A DNA stretch of 64,000 nt, from NCBI GenBank assembly GCA_049472355.1, contig JBLIRP010000004.1:1-64000 (forward strand), given 5' to 3'. Positions 55,325-64,000 of the stretch are shown piece after piece. This DNA comes from a bacterium (GTDB taxonomy: Bacteria; SZUA-182; DTGQ01; JAFGSM01). Position numbers and translations under genes: made by a program. Positions within the stretch are counted from its first letter, which is position 1; every line of letters begins with the position of its first letter. The notes under the pieces were generated by a model. The model had not been told where the DNA came from. It worked only from the letters and a program-made list of their open reading frames with translations, and did no database searches.

Positions 55325-57708
55325 GGAAACCGCACACAACGAATCTTCTCGAAGGGGCACCCGCACGGCTGCGCTCCAGGGTCGAGGAGACACGCTATGC
55401 AGCGGTTAAGGAACTATCCCGGATCCAATCGGTCGATGTGCTCCCCCATCTCTTGAAAGCGGTCGGAGACACAAGCTTAAGGATCAGGGAGGAGGCCCTG
55501 CAGGGCATCTGCTCCTTCCCGCAGGAGGTGATCTTTCCAAGGCTCGAGGATTTATTAAGGGACCAGGAGCATGCGCATTTCCGTACCGCGGCCATGGAGG
55601 CATTTCCGCGCTACGGCAAGGAGGCAACTCCCTGGCTTCTCGGATTGCTCAAGGATGGCGATGAGGAGGTCCGCATGTTCAGCGCCGCCATCCTCGGGGA
55701 CATCAGGGACCCGGCAGCAGTGGAGGATCTCATTAATGCCCTCAACGACCCGGATGATAATGTAAGGCATGCATCCGCTGAAGGCCTCGGCAAGATCGGG
55801 GATGCACGGGCGGTGCGCCCCCTCATAGACTGCCTTCACCAGGACTTCTGGATTCAATACCCGGCAATCATCGCCCTCGGAAGGATCGGTGACCCCTGTG
55901 CCATCGAACACCTCCTCCCGCTTCTTGATGACGAGATGCTCCGGCAGGCGGTGGTCGAATCCCTCGGACAGATCGGTGATGTTGCGGCAATCCCCGCGCT
56001 GACGGGGGCGCTTTCCTGCAACGATCCTGCCCTACGGAACGATACGATCGCCTCTCTGGTCAATATCCAGCGAATGGCAAAACCGAAGGGAGGGTGTCTG
56101 CCGGGCATCAAACACGCCCTCAGGAATGGCGATCTGATCGAGCATTTGCTGCGCTCCCTCCAGGACGGCGATCTGGAGATACGGAGGAATGCCGTCATCG
56201 CACTGGGATGGCTCAAGGATAAACGGGCAGTGGCGCCCCTCGTGGCACTCATGACCAGCTATGACCTGGAGGAATATGTGGTCGGAGCCCTGGTTTCCAT
56301 CGGCGACGGCGCTGTTCCCTGCATCATCGAAGGGCTCCACAACCCAGATCCGAGAATCAGGGCATGTATCATCCGCTGCATCGACTGGATAGGAAACAGA
56401 CAGGGGGTAGAGGCCTGCATCCCCTGCCTCAAGGATGAGAACATTGAGGTACGCAATCAGGCGGCAATGGCCATGGCAGGGTGGCTGGATCTGGCGGCGA
56501 TAGAGGATGGTCTCTTCGAGTCCCTTTCCGACCCTGAGCCGGAAATGAGATCCCTTGTGGCGGAGATCCTGGGGAGGTCCTCATCGAAGCGCCTGGTCGA
56601 CAGGCTTTTGCCCGAACTCTTCGTGAAGGACCGCTCAAGGAGGCTCCTTGCAATCACTATCCTTGGTCGATTAAAAAATCCCCGCACCTGCAGTCCCCTC
56701 AAGGGTCTCCTTGAAGACCCGAGCGACGAGATACGGTCCGCGGCGTATATCGCACTGAGCAGCCTGACGGTTAAAGGGCTTTCCGAAGAGCTCCTCGCGA
56801 GGGGAATCACCGATGCAAGTCCCAGGGTGCGCAAGGCCGTTGCATCGAGCATCACCGCTGAAACGGGAACTCCGCTCGAAGGCACGCTCCTCGTGCTCCT
56901 CGGGGACCAGGACCAGGATGTCAGGCTTGCGGCAATCGAGGCGCTGGGGAGGATCGGCGATCCGTGCTGTGCCGAGGATCTTGTCCGGGCCTTTTCCGAT
57001 ACGCCTAAGCACCTGGGTCTTGCAATCCTGAGGGCCATGGGGAACCTCCGCACCGCGAGGAGTCTCCGCTTCCTCACCGGGTTCCTCAAGAGACACGACC
57101 GTGACCTGAAACGTGTGGCCATCGAATCACTGGGGATGCTCAAGGACAAAGGATCAATCCCCGACCTGATCGTGGCCATGGATGATTGCGACTGGAGTAT
57201 CCGCAGCGCCGCCGTCCAGGCCCTTGCACAAATAGGGGACCGGCGATGTTCGGGCGCGCTCCGCAAAAAATTGAAGGACCCGGACGATATTGTCAGAAAG
57301 GAGGCGGTCCGTGCCCTGGGTATGCTCGGAGACCAGGCAGCGGCAAATGCCCTGCTTCCGTTCCTGCACGACGAGCACGTTCAGGATGAGGTCCTGAATT
57401 CCCTGGAGACGCTTGGGATCCCTGATCTGGTGGCCTTTGCCGAGCACTTCAGACGGTCGAATGCCCGGCTCAAGTGCCGCCTTATTGCCCTGCTCGGACG
57501 GCTCAGGGAGCCGGGGATGGTCGAGTTTCTCACCGGGATACTGGACGAGGAGTTTTTCACGGTACGATGCTGGATAGCCAAGGCCCTCGGCAACCTGGGG
57601 GACCCGCGGGCGATCCCACCCTTACGCAGGCTCCGGAAGGAAGACCCAAGCGAAGAGGTGCGGAAGGAGGCCACGGCTGCCCTGAAAAAATTGGGGGACA
57701 GGCGATGA
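55318..57708 (+). CDS. HEAT/PBS-lyase repeat protein (about 20 tandem HEAT-like repeats) embedded in the chemotaxis operon
   Basis: The PBS-lyase HEAT-like unit (..R..A..ALG.IGD..A...L...L.D.D..VR..A...L) recurs across all 796 aa. The stop overlaps the cheR2 start (ATGATGA). Confidence 0.75.
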   Translation: MLRKPHTTNLLEGAPARLRSRVEETRYAAVKELSRIQSVDVLPHLLKAVGDTSLRIREEALQGICSFPQEVIFPRLEDLLRDQEHAHFRTAAMEAFPRYGKEATPWLLGLLKDGDEEVRMFSAAILGDIRDPAAVEDLINALNDPDDNVRHASAEGLGKIGDARAVRPLIDCLHQDFWIQYPAIIALGRIGDPCAIEHLLPLLDDEMLRQAVVESLGQIGDVAAIPALTGALSCNDPALRNDTIASLVNIQRMAKPKGGCLPGIKHALRNGDLIEHLLRSLQDGDLEIRRNAVIALGWLKDKRAVAPLVALMTSYDLEEYVVGALVSIGDGAVPCIIEGLHNPDPRIRACIIRCIDWIGNRQGVEACIPCLKDENIEVRNQAAMAMAGWLDLAAIEDGLFESLSDPEPEMRSLVAEILGRSSSKRLVDRLLPELFVKDRSRRLLAITILGRLKNPRTCSPLKGLLEDPSDEIRSAAYIALSSLTVKGLSEELLARGITDASPRVRKAVASSITAETGTPLEGTLLVLLGDQDQDVRLAAIEALGRIGDPCCAEDLVRAFSDTPKHLGLAILRAMGNLRTARSLRFLTGFLKRHDRDLKRVAIESLGMLKDKGSIPDLIVAMDDCDWSIRSAAVQALAQIGDRRCSGALRKKLKDPDDIVRKEAVRALGMLGDQAAANALLPFLHDEHVQDEVLNSLETLGIPDLVAFAEHFRRSNARLKCRLIALLGRLREPGMVEFLTGILDEEFFTVRCWIAKALGNLGDPRAIPPLRRLRKEDPSEEVRKEATAALKKLGDRR

Positions 57709-58544
57709 TGTACGAGTTCGAAATTACCGAAAAGGAATTCCGCCTGATACGGGATCTCATCCACGAACGATTCGGGATCTTCTTCAAGGACGAAAAACGC
57801 TCGTATATCCAAATGAGGCTCTATGCACGCCTGACGAGCCTTGGATTCGGTTCCTTCAGCGAATACATCAACTTCGTCAAATACGACCCTCATGCACACG
57901 AGGAACTCCTGCGGATGATCTCGCTGCTGAGCAACACCGAAACCTACCTCTTCCGCGAGCTGCCCCAATTGCTGATCTTTCGTGACCACCTCCTGCCGGA
58001 ATTCAAGGAAAAGGCCATCGCCAGGAATGAAAAGACGCTCAAGATCCTCTCGGCAGGGTGCTCTTCCGGAGAGGAGGCGTACACCCTTGCCATGCTGACC
58101 CATGATTCGGGCTCCTTCTTCTGGGGGTGGGACATCACCATAACCGGGATGGACATAAACGAAAGGGCACTTGAATCCGCCTGCCACGGAATATATTACG
58201 AACGGTCATTCCGGATGACCGACCCGGCGTACCAAAGGAGATACTTTACAGCGAACTCCGGCGATTTTTTGGTCAAGGAGAACATACGAAGGATGGTCTC
58301 GTTTATGTGCGGGAACATTGTCACCCCCCTCCCTATCAGGGATTTCGATATCATCCTGTGCAGGAATGTGCTCATCTATTTTTCCGAGGAAAAGACGAAA
58401 ACCGCCATAGGCAATCTCCATGACGCCCTGCGTCCCGGAGGCTGTCTTCTGCTCGGACATTCGGAGACCCTGACCGGGATATTCGACGAATTCGAAACAC
58501 GACGTTTTCCAGAAACCATCATCTACCAGAAGAAAGAACGTTAA
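57705..58544 (+). CDS. cheR: Chemotaxis protein methyltransferase CheR (copy 2). The start is the ATG overlapping the HEAT-protein stop.
   Basis: MMYEFEITEKEFRLIRDLIHERFGIFF...ETYLFRE then ILSAGCSSGEEAYTLAM...LCRNVLIYF: the CheR N-domain and methyltransferase domain. Confidence 0.8.
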   Translation: MMYEFEITEKEFRLIRDLIHERFGIFFKDEKRSYIQMRLYARLTSLGFGSFSEYINFVKYDPHAHEELLRMISLLSNTETYLFRELPQLLIFRDHLLPEFKEKAIARNEKTLKILSAGCSSGEEAYTLAMLTHDSGSFFWGWDITITGMDINERALESACHGIYYERSFRMTDPAYQRRYFTANSGDFLVKENIRRMVSFMCGNIVTPLPIRDFDIILCRNVLIYFSEEKTKTAIGNLHDALRPGGCLLLGHSETLTGIFDEFETRRFPETIIYQKKER

Positions 58545-58548
58545 GGAT

Positions 58549-59613
58549 ATGTCTTCGCGCAGAATAGGCGTATTGATCGTTGATGATTCGGCCTTCATCC
58601 GCAAGGCCATGAAACGGATGCTCGGCTCCGATCCGGCAATCAAGGTTGTCGGAGAGGCACGCGACGGGTACGAGGCAATCCAAATGGTCAAGGGGCTCAA
58701 CCCGGATGTGGTCACCCTGGATGTGAAGATGCCGGACATGGACGGCCTCCAGGCGCTTGAACGCATCATGCGCGAACATCCCGTCCCCGTTCTCATGGTC
58801 AGTTCCCTGACCAGCGAGGGAGGCGCCGTTACCCTCAAGGCGCTGGAGATGGGCGCCGTGGATTTTATCGACAAGTCCTCCTGTCATACCGCCATGGACA
58901 TTGCCGACATTGCCGCATCCCTCATCCAGAAGGTCAAGGTGATTGCAGGAGTGGACCTGAAAAAGGTTGTGGAGTCAATGCCGGAACACAGGCCGGTGTC
59001 GCCGGCCACCCCTTCCGCACTCAGCGCGACCCGGGATGAGAGCCCTGCCCTCCTGGTGGCCATAGGTACCTCCACGGGGGGGCCCATGTCCCTGGAGAAG
59101 GTTCTTACCCCGCTGCCTGCGAACTTTCCCGGCACCATCCTGGTGGTACAGCACATGCCCCTCGGATTCACCGGTTCCCTCGCCCAGCGCATGAACAACC
59201 AATGCCCCATGGAGGTGAAGGAGGCGGAGGAGGACGATCCGCTTTGTCCGGGAAGGATCTATATCGCGCCCAGCGGGTATCATCTCAAGCTCAGGCGGTC
59301 ATTGAACCGCTACCATGTGGTCTTGAGCAAGGAACCCCGGGATATGCCCCATTGCCCATCCGTGGATGTCATGATGGAATCGATCGCGCAGACGTGGCAT
59401 GGAAGGATGATGGGCGTGGTCATGACCGGGATGGGACATGACGGTTCAGAGGGGGTCAAGGCCATGAAGCAGCGGGGAGGAACCATCCTCGCCCAGAACG
59501 AAGAGACGTGTGTGGTCTACGGCATGCCAAGGGCCGCATACCTCACCGGGTGCGTCGACCGGATGCTCCCCCTCTATGAGATAGCCAACGCAATATGCCT
59601 GTTCGCACGTTAA
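58549..59613 (+). CDS. cheB: Chemotaxis response regulator protein-glutamate methylesterase CheB
   Basis: The receiver domain (VLIVDDSAFIRK...VVTLDVKMPDMDG) plus the methylesterase catalytic domain (IGTSTGGP...HMP.GFT..LAQR..., Ser-His-Asp triad context). Confidence 0.9.
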   Translation: MSSRRIGVLIVDDSAFIRKAMKRMLGSDPAIKVVGEARDGYEAIQMVKGLNPDVVTLDVKMPDMDGLQALERIMREHPVPVLMVSSLTSEGGAVTLKALEMGAVDFIDKSSCHTAMDIADIAASLIQKVKVIAGVDLKKVVESMPEHRPVSPATPSALSATRDESPALLVAIGTSTGGPMSLEKVLTPLPANFPGTILVVQHMPLGFTGSLAQRMNNQCPMEVKEAEEDDPLCPGRIYIAPSGYHLKLRRSLNRYHVVLSKEPRDMPHCPSVDVMMESIAQTWHGRMMGVVMTGMGHDGSEGVKAMKQRGGTILAQNEETCVVYGMPRAAYLTGCVDRMLPLYEIANAICLFAR

Positions 59614-59851
59614 AGAAAATATCCACGCCTCGACCTGTTGCATGGAGTCCTGACCTTCCCCGGATTGGATGCGACGGGTGTTCGGATCATGACCATTCCC
59701 TTTCCCAGCCGAATCCTGTAAATGGCCGATAACCGGAGCACGCCCAAAAGGATACCGAAAGGCTTTATTATAAGAGTGAACAAGGGGTGTGGTGTTGCAC
59801 TGTTTTAGTGTTGTGCCCTCCTTATTGCATCATCGCGCAATATTCGCCCGT

Positions 59852-59885
59852 TCCCCCGTGCGGGGACAAATCTTTTTTATCATTA
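59852..59885 (+). terminator. Rho-independent terminator-like hairpin (CCCCG-TG-CGGGG followed by ACAAATCTTTTTTA)
   Basis: Read directly, about 240 nt downstream of cheB. Confidence 0.45.
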
Positions 59886-60340
59886 ATATCAATTAGTTAT
59901 AATATTGCAGTGCTATGGGCATACGAAATGCAATTATACTATAACAAATCCCAACAATGACCAAAACTATACCTGAGGCAATTAATACATCGTTCTTAAC
60001 TGCTCTAAATCTCAAAAAACGGACTTTGTGAAAGGGGGTTTCCAAATGTTGTATCAATTGGTGTGGGTTCCGGTCCTTGGCAGCCTGAGCGTTCTGTGTG
60101 TCCTACTCTGCAACCGGGCGTAATGCTCTTTTAAAGGGAGGCATCCGGCAAGAGAACTCGTAAAAAATTAATCGTTCTTCATGACCTCTTCCCGGGCAGA
60201 CCCTGAAAGGAGCCCTTTTTCAAATCTAAATCCAACACAGTATATATCGATAACCTGTTACATTGAGATATTTGTTTAACAATGAGCGCTTTTTCCTAAA
60301 GGCTTCCCCTACGTATTTCTTTTAAGGCACTATCTCCTCC

Positions 60341-60380
60341 AAAAGGGGTACCGGATCCGGTACCCCTTTCTCTTTTTTCG
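60341..60380. terminator. Strong, possibly bidirectional intrinsic terminator. It is a perfect 22-nt palindrome GGGGTACCGGATCCGGTACCCC flanked by AAAA / TTTCTCTTTTTT.
   Basis: Read directly. The stem is >=11 bp with a following T-tract on the plus strand and an A-tract (T-tract on minus) upstream. Confidence 0.6.
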
Positions 60381-60823
60381 GCGACGAACGGGATACAAGA
60401 GCGAAACAGCATCACTTATCCGGCATCACAGGTGCTCGACTCATTGTATGAGGGAAGTGGGGCCGCTTAAAAAAATATGCTGCATCACATCCCCTTACGT
60501 AATTTTTATACGCAACCGATCATATTTTTTCCTTCCATCCCACAACAACTGCGTTCCCGCCTTCCGGGCCACATAACAGCATAACGATTTAACCTTTTGT
60601 TAAATATATAGTTCTTGAGAACAATCCCCATGGCATCTCCAAAAGTCGATCCCGCACTGCAATGGCATTGTATTTGCTCAACCTTACATTCGACAATATA
60701 TCACTCTAATACCGATGGTAATAGTAACAGGCGAAGTTCTATAAGGAGGTCGATGTCGTTTACCCACAAGCAGTTATTCGAGATTGGTTAACGTGCAAGG
60801 TTAGTTAACGCGGCAACGTAAGG

Positions 60824-63800
60824 ATGGAAATCATGATGAGACTCAACGTCAGAAGCATCGCCCACTTTTTGAGCCTTCTCCTTGTCATTCTTCTCCTTTG
60901 GGGCAGCAAAGGATTCCTGATTGCAAATCCCCTGGTGAGCGCACCGATTCTGCTTCTCTTTTCCATTCTCTATCTCGTCATCGGGCTGACGCTCGATTCC
61001 TCGTTCTTCGTCTATCCTGCGGTGGCCCTTTTCACCCTTGCTTACTATCTTGGCGCATATCACCTGCATCCCTATCCCATTCACGCACCGCTCCTCTCGG
61101 TCATCCTGGTCGGGATATTTCTGTGGGCCGCCTTCAAGTATCAGACGAAAAAAATCCTCTTTGCCCCTTTCAGACACGGCGCATACGGATTGGTAATATA
61201 CTTCACCATATTCCTGCTCGGCAAGGCGAATCATTATGTCCGGGCGGACCAGCTTATTCCGATGATCACCTTTGGCTCCTATGCGCTGGCGATCGGCATT
61301 CAAGGCCTCATTGACAAAAGGAGACGTTTTCGCTACTGGTCACTGATCAATGCATCCCTTGCATTTCTGTTTGCCCTGTATTCAATCAACCGGATCCCGC
61401 TGGGACACTATAGCATCTACCTCATGGCCTTCTTTGTCAGTATGATGCACATCGGCACCCTTGTTCACAGGAGGATGGGGTTCGGGGAGGCGCAACCGTT
61501 CTATTGGGTGGGGTTCTTCGGCCTTGCTTTCGGCCCGCTTTACTCCGTGCACAATCCGGGCATTCTCCTTTCACTTCAGGCGTTCTATGCACTTCATTTC
61601 TGGGAAATACACTATGAAATCAAAACAATAGAGCAAGGGGCCGTTACAAAGTGTAAAACATGCCGCGTATTCACTATGATGGTATATCCCTTGACCTTTG
61701 TCTGCCTTGCCCTGATCATCCAACAGCATTTTCCCATAACCTTTGCGGTCATCGGAGCCTGTCTCATCTTCGCATTCCTCTACTTCAAGATCGCCCACGA
61801 TCGTCGTGATTCCTGGAGGGGAAGGGACCTGTTCTTTGTCATTACCGGTACCATGTTTCTCACCATTGCATACCTCACCGGCCTGTTTCTCCTCCTGAAT
61901 CCGACCATCCATCCGTGGGCACTGCTTCTGTCCGTGCCGCTGGTGTGGCTCCTGCTCGCCATGGGGCGTATCTATACACACATAAAAAGCCAACAACTGG
62001 GAAGGGCTTTCTATTGGGTGCATTATGCAGTCATGGCAGTGTGTCTCGCTATGCCACTGTTTTTTAGAGCACAAAATATCACCGTTCTGCTGGTGCTCGA
62101 CAGCGCCTTCCTGGTCACCTGCCTCATGATGTACCTTATGGAACGTTGGTGGGGCTTTCTCTATGCCCTCCCCCTCACCCTGACCTATCTCTACTATCTG
62201 GCACTTCAGGAGGCCTTTGTCCCCCCACACTTCATCAGCCCGGCCTTCATCATTCCGGGGATCATTATCGTGTCCTTCGCCATCTGGCTGGTCAGAAAAT
62301 CATCCCGATGGCAGGGGATCTTTTTCCTCTGGTTTTATACCCTCAGTTTCTGTGCACTGATCACCCTTGATTGTTTTCATGTTACCATGGGGTACAGTCT
62401 GGCACTTTGGGGAGTCCTCTACCTCCTGGTGGGCACCTTCGCCAGGCTCCCTTCGGAACATCAGGGGTCATACTTTACCACCGCCGGACATACCCTGACC
62501 CATGCAGCCGCACTCGCCATCCTCCTGTTCTCCGCTCCGCAGGCAACGCTCCACGTATTCCTCATCATCGGCGTGCCGTATTTGATGATCTATCTCCATA
62601 CGAGGAGGGAAAGACACCTTTATACCGTTGCCGTTGCAGGCACAGTCAGTTACTTTCTCACCTTCCTGCACGGTCTTCCCTGGGACCTCGCCTGTCTGGG
62701 ATCGGTGCCCCTGGTCGCGCTCCTCTACGGCACCTGGGTCGCCATGGATCAGCGCCACCAAAAAGGCGCCGGCGTTCCACTCAAACGGGTCGGACATGCA
62801 ACGGCCATCGTTGTCACCCTCATGCTCATGTTCAATCTCTCCACGGCGACTGCCGGAGTGGCCATCACCGCATTCACGCTCTATGCAGTGATCTATTGCC
62901 TGCTCGCAATGCTTTACCGGACATACGATCTCATATTCCTGGGCATCGGCTTCGGCTCGCTGATATATTTCGAGATACTGGGTATCCCATCAACCATGCA
63001 GCCGGAAAGACACCTCCAGCTCTTCAGCCTCATCATGATCCCGCTGTCAGCCATCGGTTATTGGTTATGGAGGCGCACAAAGGAGGCATGGTCACTGCCC
63101 CTGCTCGATGCCGCGGTGATCGTCTCCCTTATCACCACACTCCTGTCCCTGTCCCAGGGCTTTGTGTGGACCACCCAGGTGATCCTGATCATCAGCGCCG
63201 TGCTGTTCATGCTCCTGTCCCTGGTCCTCAAAAAGGACCTCTACATCTTCCTCACCACGCTCTGTCTGGGGCTCTCCGCATACAATTCGCTCGTAGCCAC
63301 AAAGAATAAATTCGTCATCGATCTGGTGGTCTACTCGATCTATGCCCTGATCTTCATCGGGATCTTCTTCTTCCTTCCGGTATTCAAGCGTATCCTCAAT
63401 TTCCGGGGACCCCGTTACATGTTCAGGGCGATCAACTGGAAGGCGGTGCTCTTCTATGGATCATTCGGGGCGGTCATCGTGATCGTGTTCGTGTTCCTCT
63501 ACTCCCTCCAGCTTGCCAATTTCCCCGGATTCTGTACCAAATGCCACTTCATGAAACCCTATGCCGAGGCATGGGAGCATTCCACCCACAAGAATGTCAA
63601 TTGTGTTGACTGTCATTACGAACCGGGACTGAGACCGGTCGTTCAGGGAAAGATCAACGGACTGGTCTCGGTGGTCAAATATGTCACCAAGACCTATGCC
63701 ATCAAGCCAAATTCGGAAATAAGCGACGCAAGCTGCCTGCGAATCGGTTGCCACGACCGCATGGAGCTCCATAGCGAGATTACATTTAAAAACGACATCA

Positions 63801-64000
63801 AATTTAATCACTATCACCACCTCAAAAATCTCCGCAGGGGCAAACTACTTCGCTGCACCACCTGCCATTCGCAGATCGTGCAGGGTGAGCACATCACGGT
63901 CACCGAATCGATCTGCTTTACCTGTCATTTCAAGGGCAGGAACAGGCAGGGGGTGGGGATCGGACGGTGCATGATCTGTCATGATAATCCCTCCGAGCCG
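60824..64000 (+). CDS. Large polytopic integral membrane protein (about 30 predicted TM helices) fused to a C-terminal NapC/NirT/NrfH-type multiheme cytochrome c domain. The ORF is open to the window end.
   Basis: Hand translation from ATG 60824 (MEIMMRLNVRSIAHFLSLLLVILLLWG...) stays open for 1059 codons to position 64000. The C-terminal part has CTKCH...W..S.H...CVDCH, CLRIGCH, CTTCH, CFTCH and CMICH. The ORF is not in the supplied ORF track, presumably because no stop falls inside the window. Confidence 0.7.
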   Translation, partial: MEIMMRLNVRSIAHFLSLLLVILLLWGSKGFLIANPLVSAPILLLFSILYLVIGLTLDSSFFVYPAVALFTLAYYLGAYHLHPYPIHAPLLSVILVGIFLWAAFKYQTKKILFAPFRHGAYGLVIYFTIFLLGKANHYVRADQLIPMITFGSYALAIGIQGLIDKRRRFRYWSLINASLAFLFALYSINRIPLGHYSIYLMAFFVSMMHIGTLVHRRMGFGEAQPFYWVGFFGLAFGPLYSVHNPGILLSLQAFYALHFWEIHYEIKTIEQGAVTKCKTCRVFTMMVYPLTFVCLALIIQQHFPITFAVIGACLIFAFLYFKIAHDRRDSWRGRDLFFVITGTMFLTIAYLTGLFLLLNPTIHPWALLLSVPLVWLLLAMGRIYTHIKSQQLGRAFYWVHYAVMAVCLAMPLFFRAQNITVLLVLDSAFLVTCLMMYLMERWWGFLYALPLTLTYLYYLALQEAFVPPHFISPAFIIPGIIIVSFAIWLVRKSSRWQGIFFLWFYTLSFCALITLDCFHVTMGYSLALWGVLYLLVGTFARLPSEHQGSYFTTAGHTLTHAAALAILLFSAPQATLHVFLIIGVPYLMIYLHTRRERHLYTVAVAGTVSYFLTFLHGLPWDLACLGSVPLVALLYGTWVAMDQRHQKGAGVPLKRVGHATAIVVTLMLMFNLSTATAGVAITAFTLYAVIYCLLAMLYRTYDLIFLGIGFGSLIYFEILGIPSTMQPERHLQLFSLIMIPLSAIGYWLWRRTKEAWSLPLLDAAVIVSLITTLLSLSQGFVWTTQVILIISAVLFMLLSLVLKKDLYIFLTTLCLGLSAYNSLVATKNKFVIDLVVYSIYALIFIGIFFFLPVFKRILNFRGPRYMFRAINWKAVLFYGSFGAVIVIVFVFLYSLQLANFPGFCTKCHFMKPYAEAWEHSTHKNVNCVDCHYEPGLRPVVQGKINGLVSVVKYVTKTYAIKPNSEISDASCLRIGCHDRMELHSEITFKNDIKFNHYHHLKNLRRGKLLRCTTCHSQIVQGEHITVTESICFTCHFKGRNRQGVGIGRCMICHDNPSEP

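Noticed and set aside
60341-60380. GGTACCGGATCCGGTACC palindrome as evidence of vector contamination
   Set aside because: The flanks continue into native-looking AT-rich intergenic sequence and a T-tract typical of terminators. It is kept as a caveat in the findings rather than a call.
59640-60830. Search for tRNA, tmRNA, RNase P or 6S RNA in the long intergenic region
   Set aside because: No cloverleaf-compatible acceptor/T-arm pairing and no conserved tmRNA or RNase P signature blocks were found by eye. Covariance-model searches were not run, so absence is not proven.

Overview
High-GC (~60%) bacterial chromosome window. The organism is probably an anaerobic, diderm bacterium: it carries c-type multiheme cytochromes, several radical SAM enzymes, an outer-membrane beta-barrel, LpoB/YcfL-type lipoproteins and an MltD-like transglycosylase. 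Most of the window is core genome. It holds a complete F-type ATP synthase operon on the minus strand, atpB-E-F-H-A-G-D, with the atpD N-terminus running off the window start. It also holds argC, pyrE, the archaeal-type phosphoglycerate mutase apgM, the lysC-cimA-ispA-dxs block and a chemotaxis operon ordered cheA-cheY-cheW-MCP-cheW-cheR-HEAT-cheR-cheB. The most unusual content is a compact operon directly divergent from the ATP synthase promoter, spanning 5417-11630. It encodes a PqqD-like RiPP recognition element fused to an M50 (site-2-protease-like) membrane metalloprotease. Next is a stomatin/SPFH (band-7) domain fused through a Pro/Ala/Thr-rich linker to a radical SAM/SPASM enzyme. A second radical SAM/SPASM enzyme follows, then a 178-aa Gly/Ser/Trp/Pro-rich protein with repeated SSWSSPWG-type motifs that is a candidate precursor/substrate, and a third radical SAM enzyme. 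This looks like an undescribed membrane-tethered peptide-modification (RiPP-like) system. A second notable locus lies at 33.7-43.7 kb. A 1993-aa secreted protein with dockerin-type calcium-binding repeats and a 619-aa secreted protein sit between three copies of a novel composite repeat. The repeat consists of tandem ~82-bp units plus a ~170-bp module ending in a near-consensus sigma70 promoter, and it includes a duplication of the last 24 nt of dxs. Other accessory features are a HepT/MNT toxin-antitoxin pair in a low-GC islet with gene fragments and microsatellites, and a second Gly/Trp/Tyr-rich secreted protein. There is also a 5-copy intergenic repeat array inside the chemotaxis operon and a 1.2-kb noncoding region with two terminator hairpins. 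The window ends with a >1050-aa polytopic membrane protein fused to a NapC/NirT-type multiheme cytochrome that runs off the window end.
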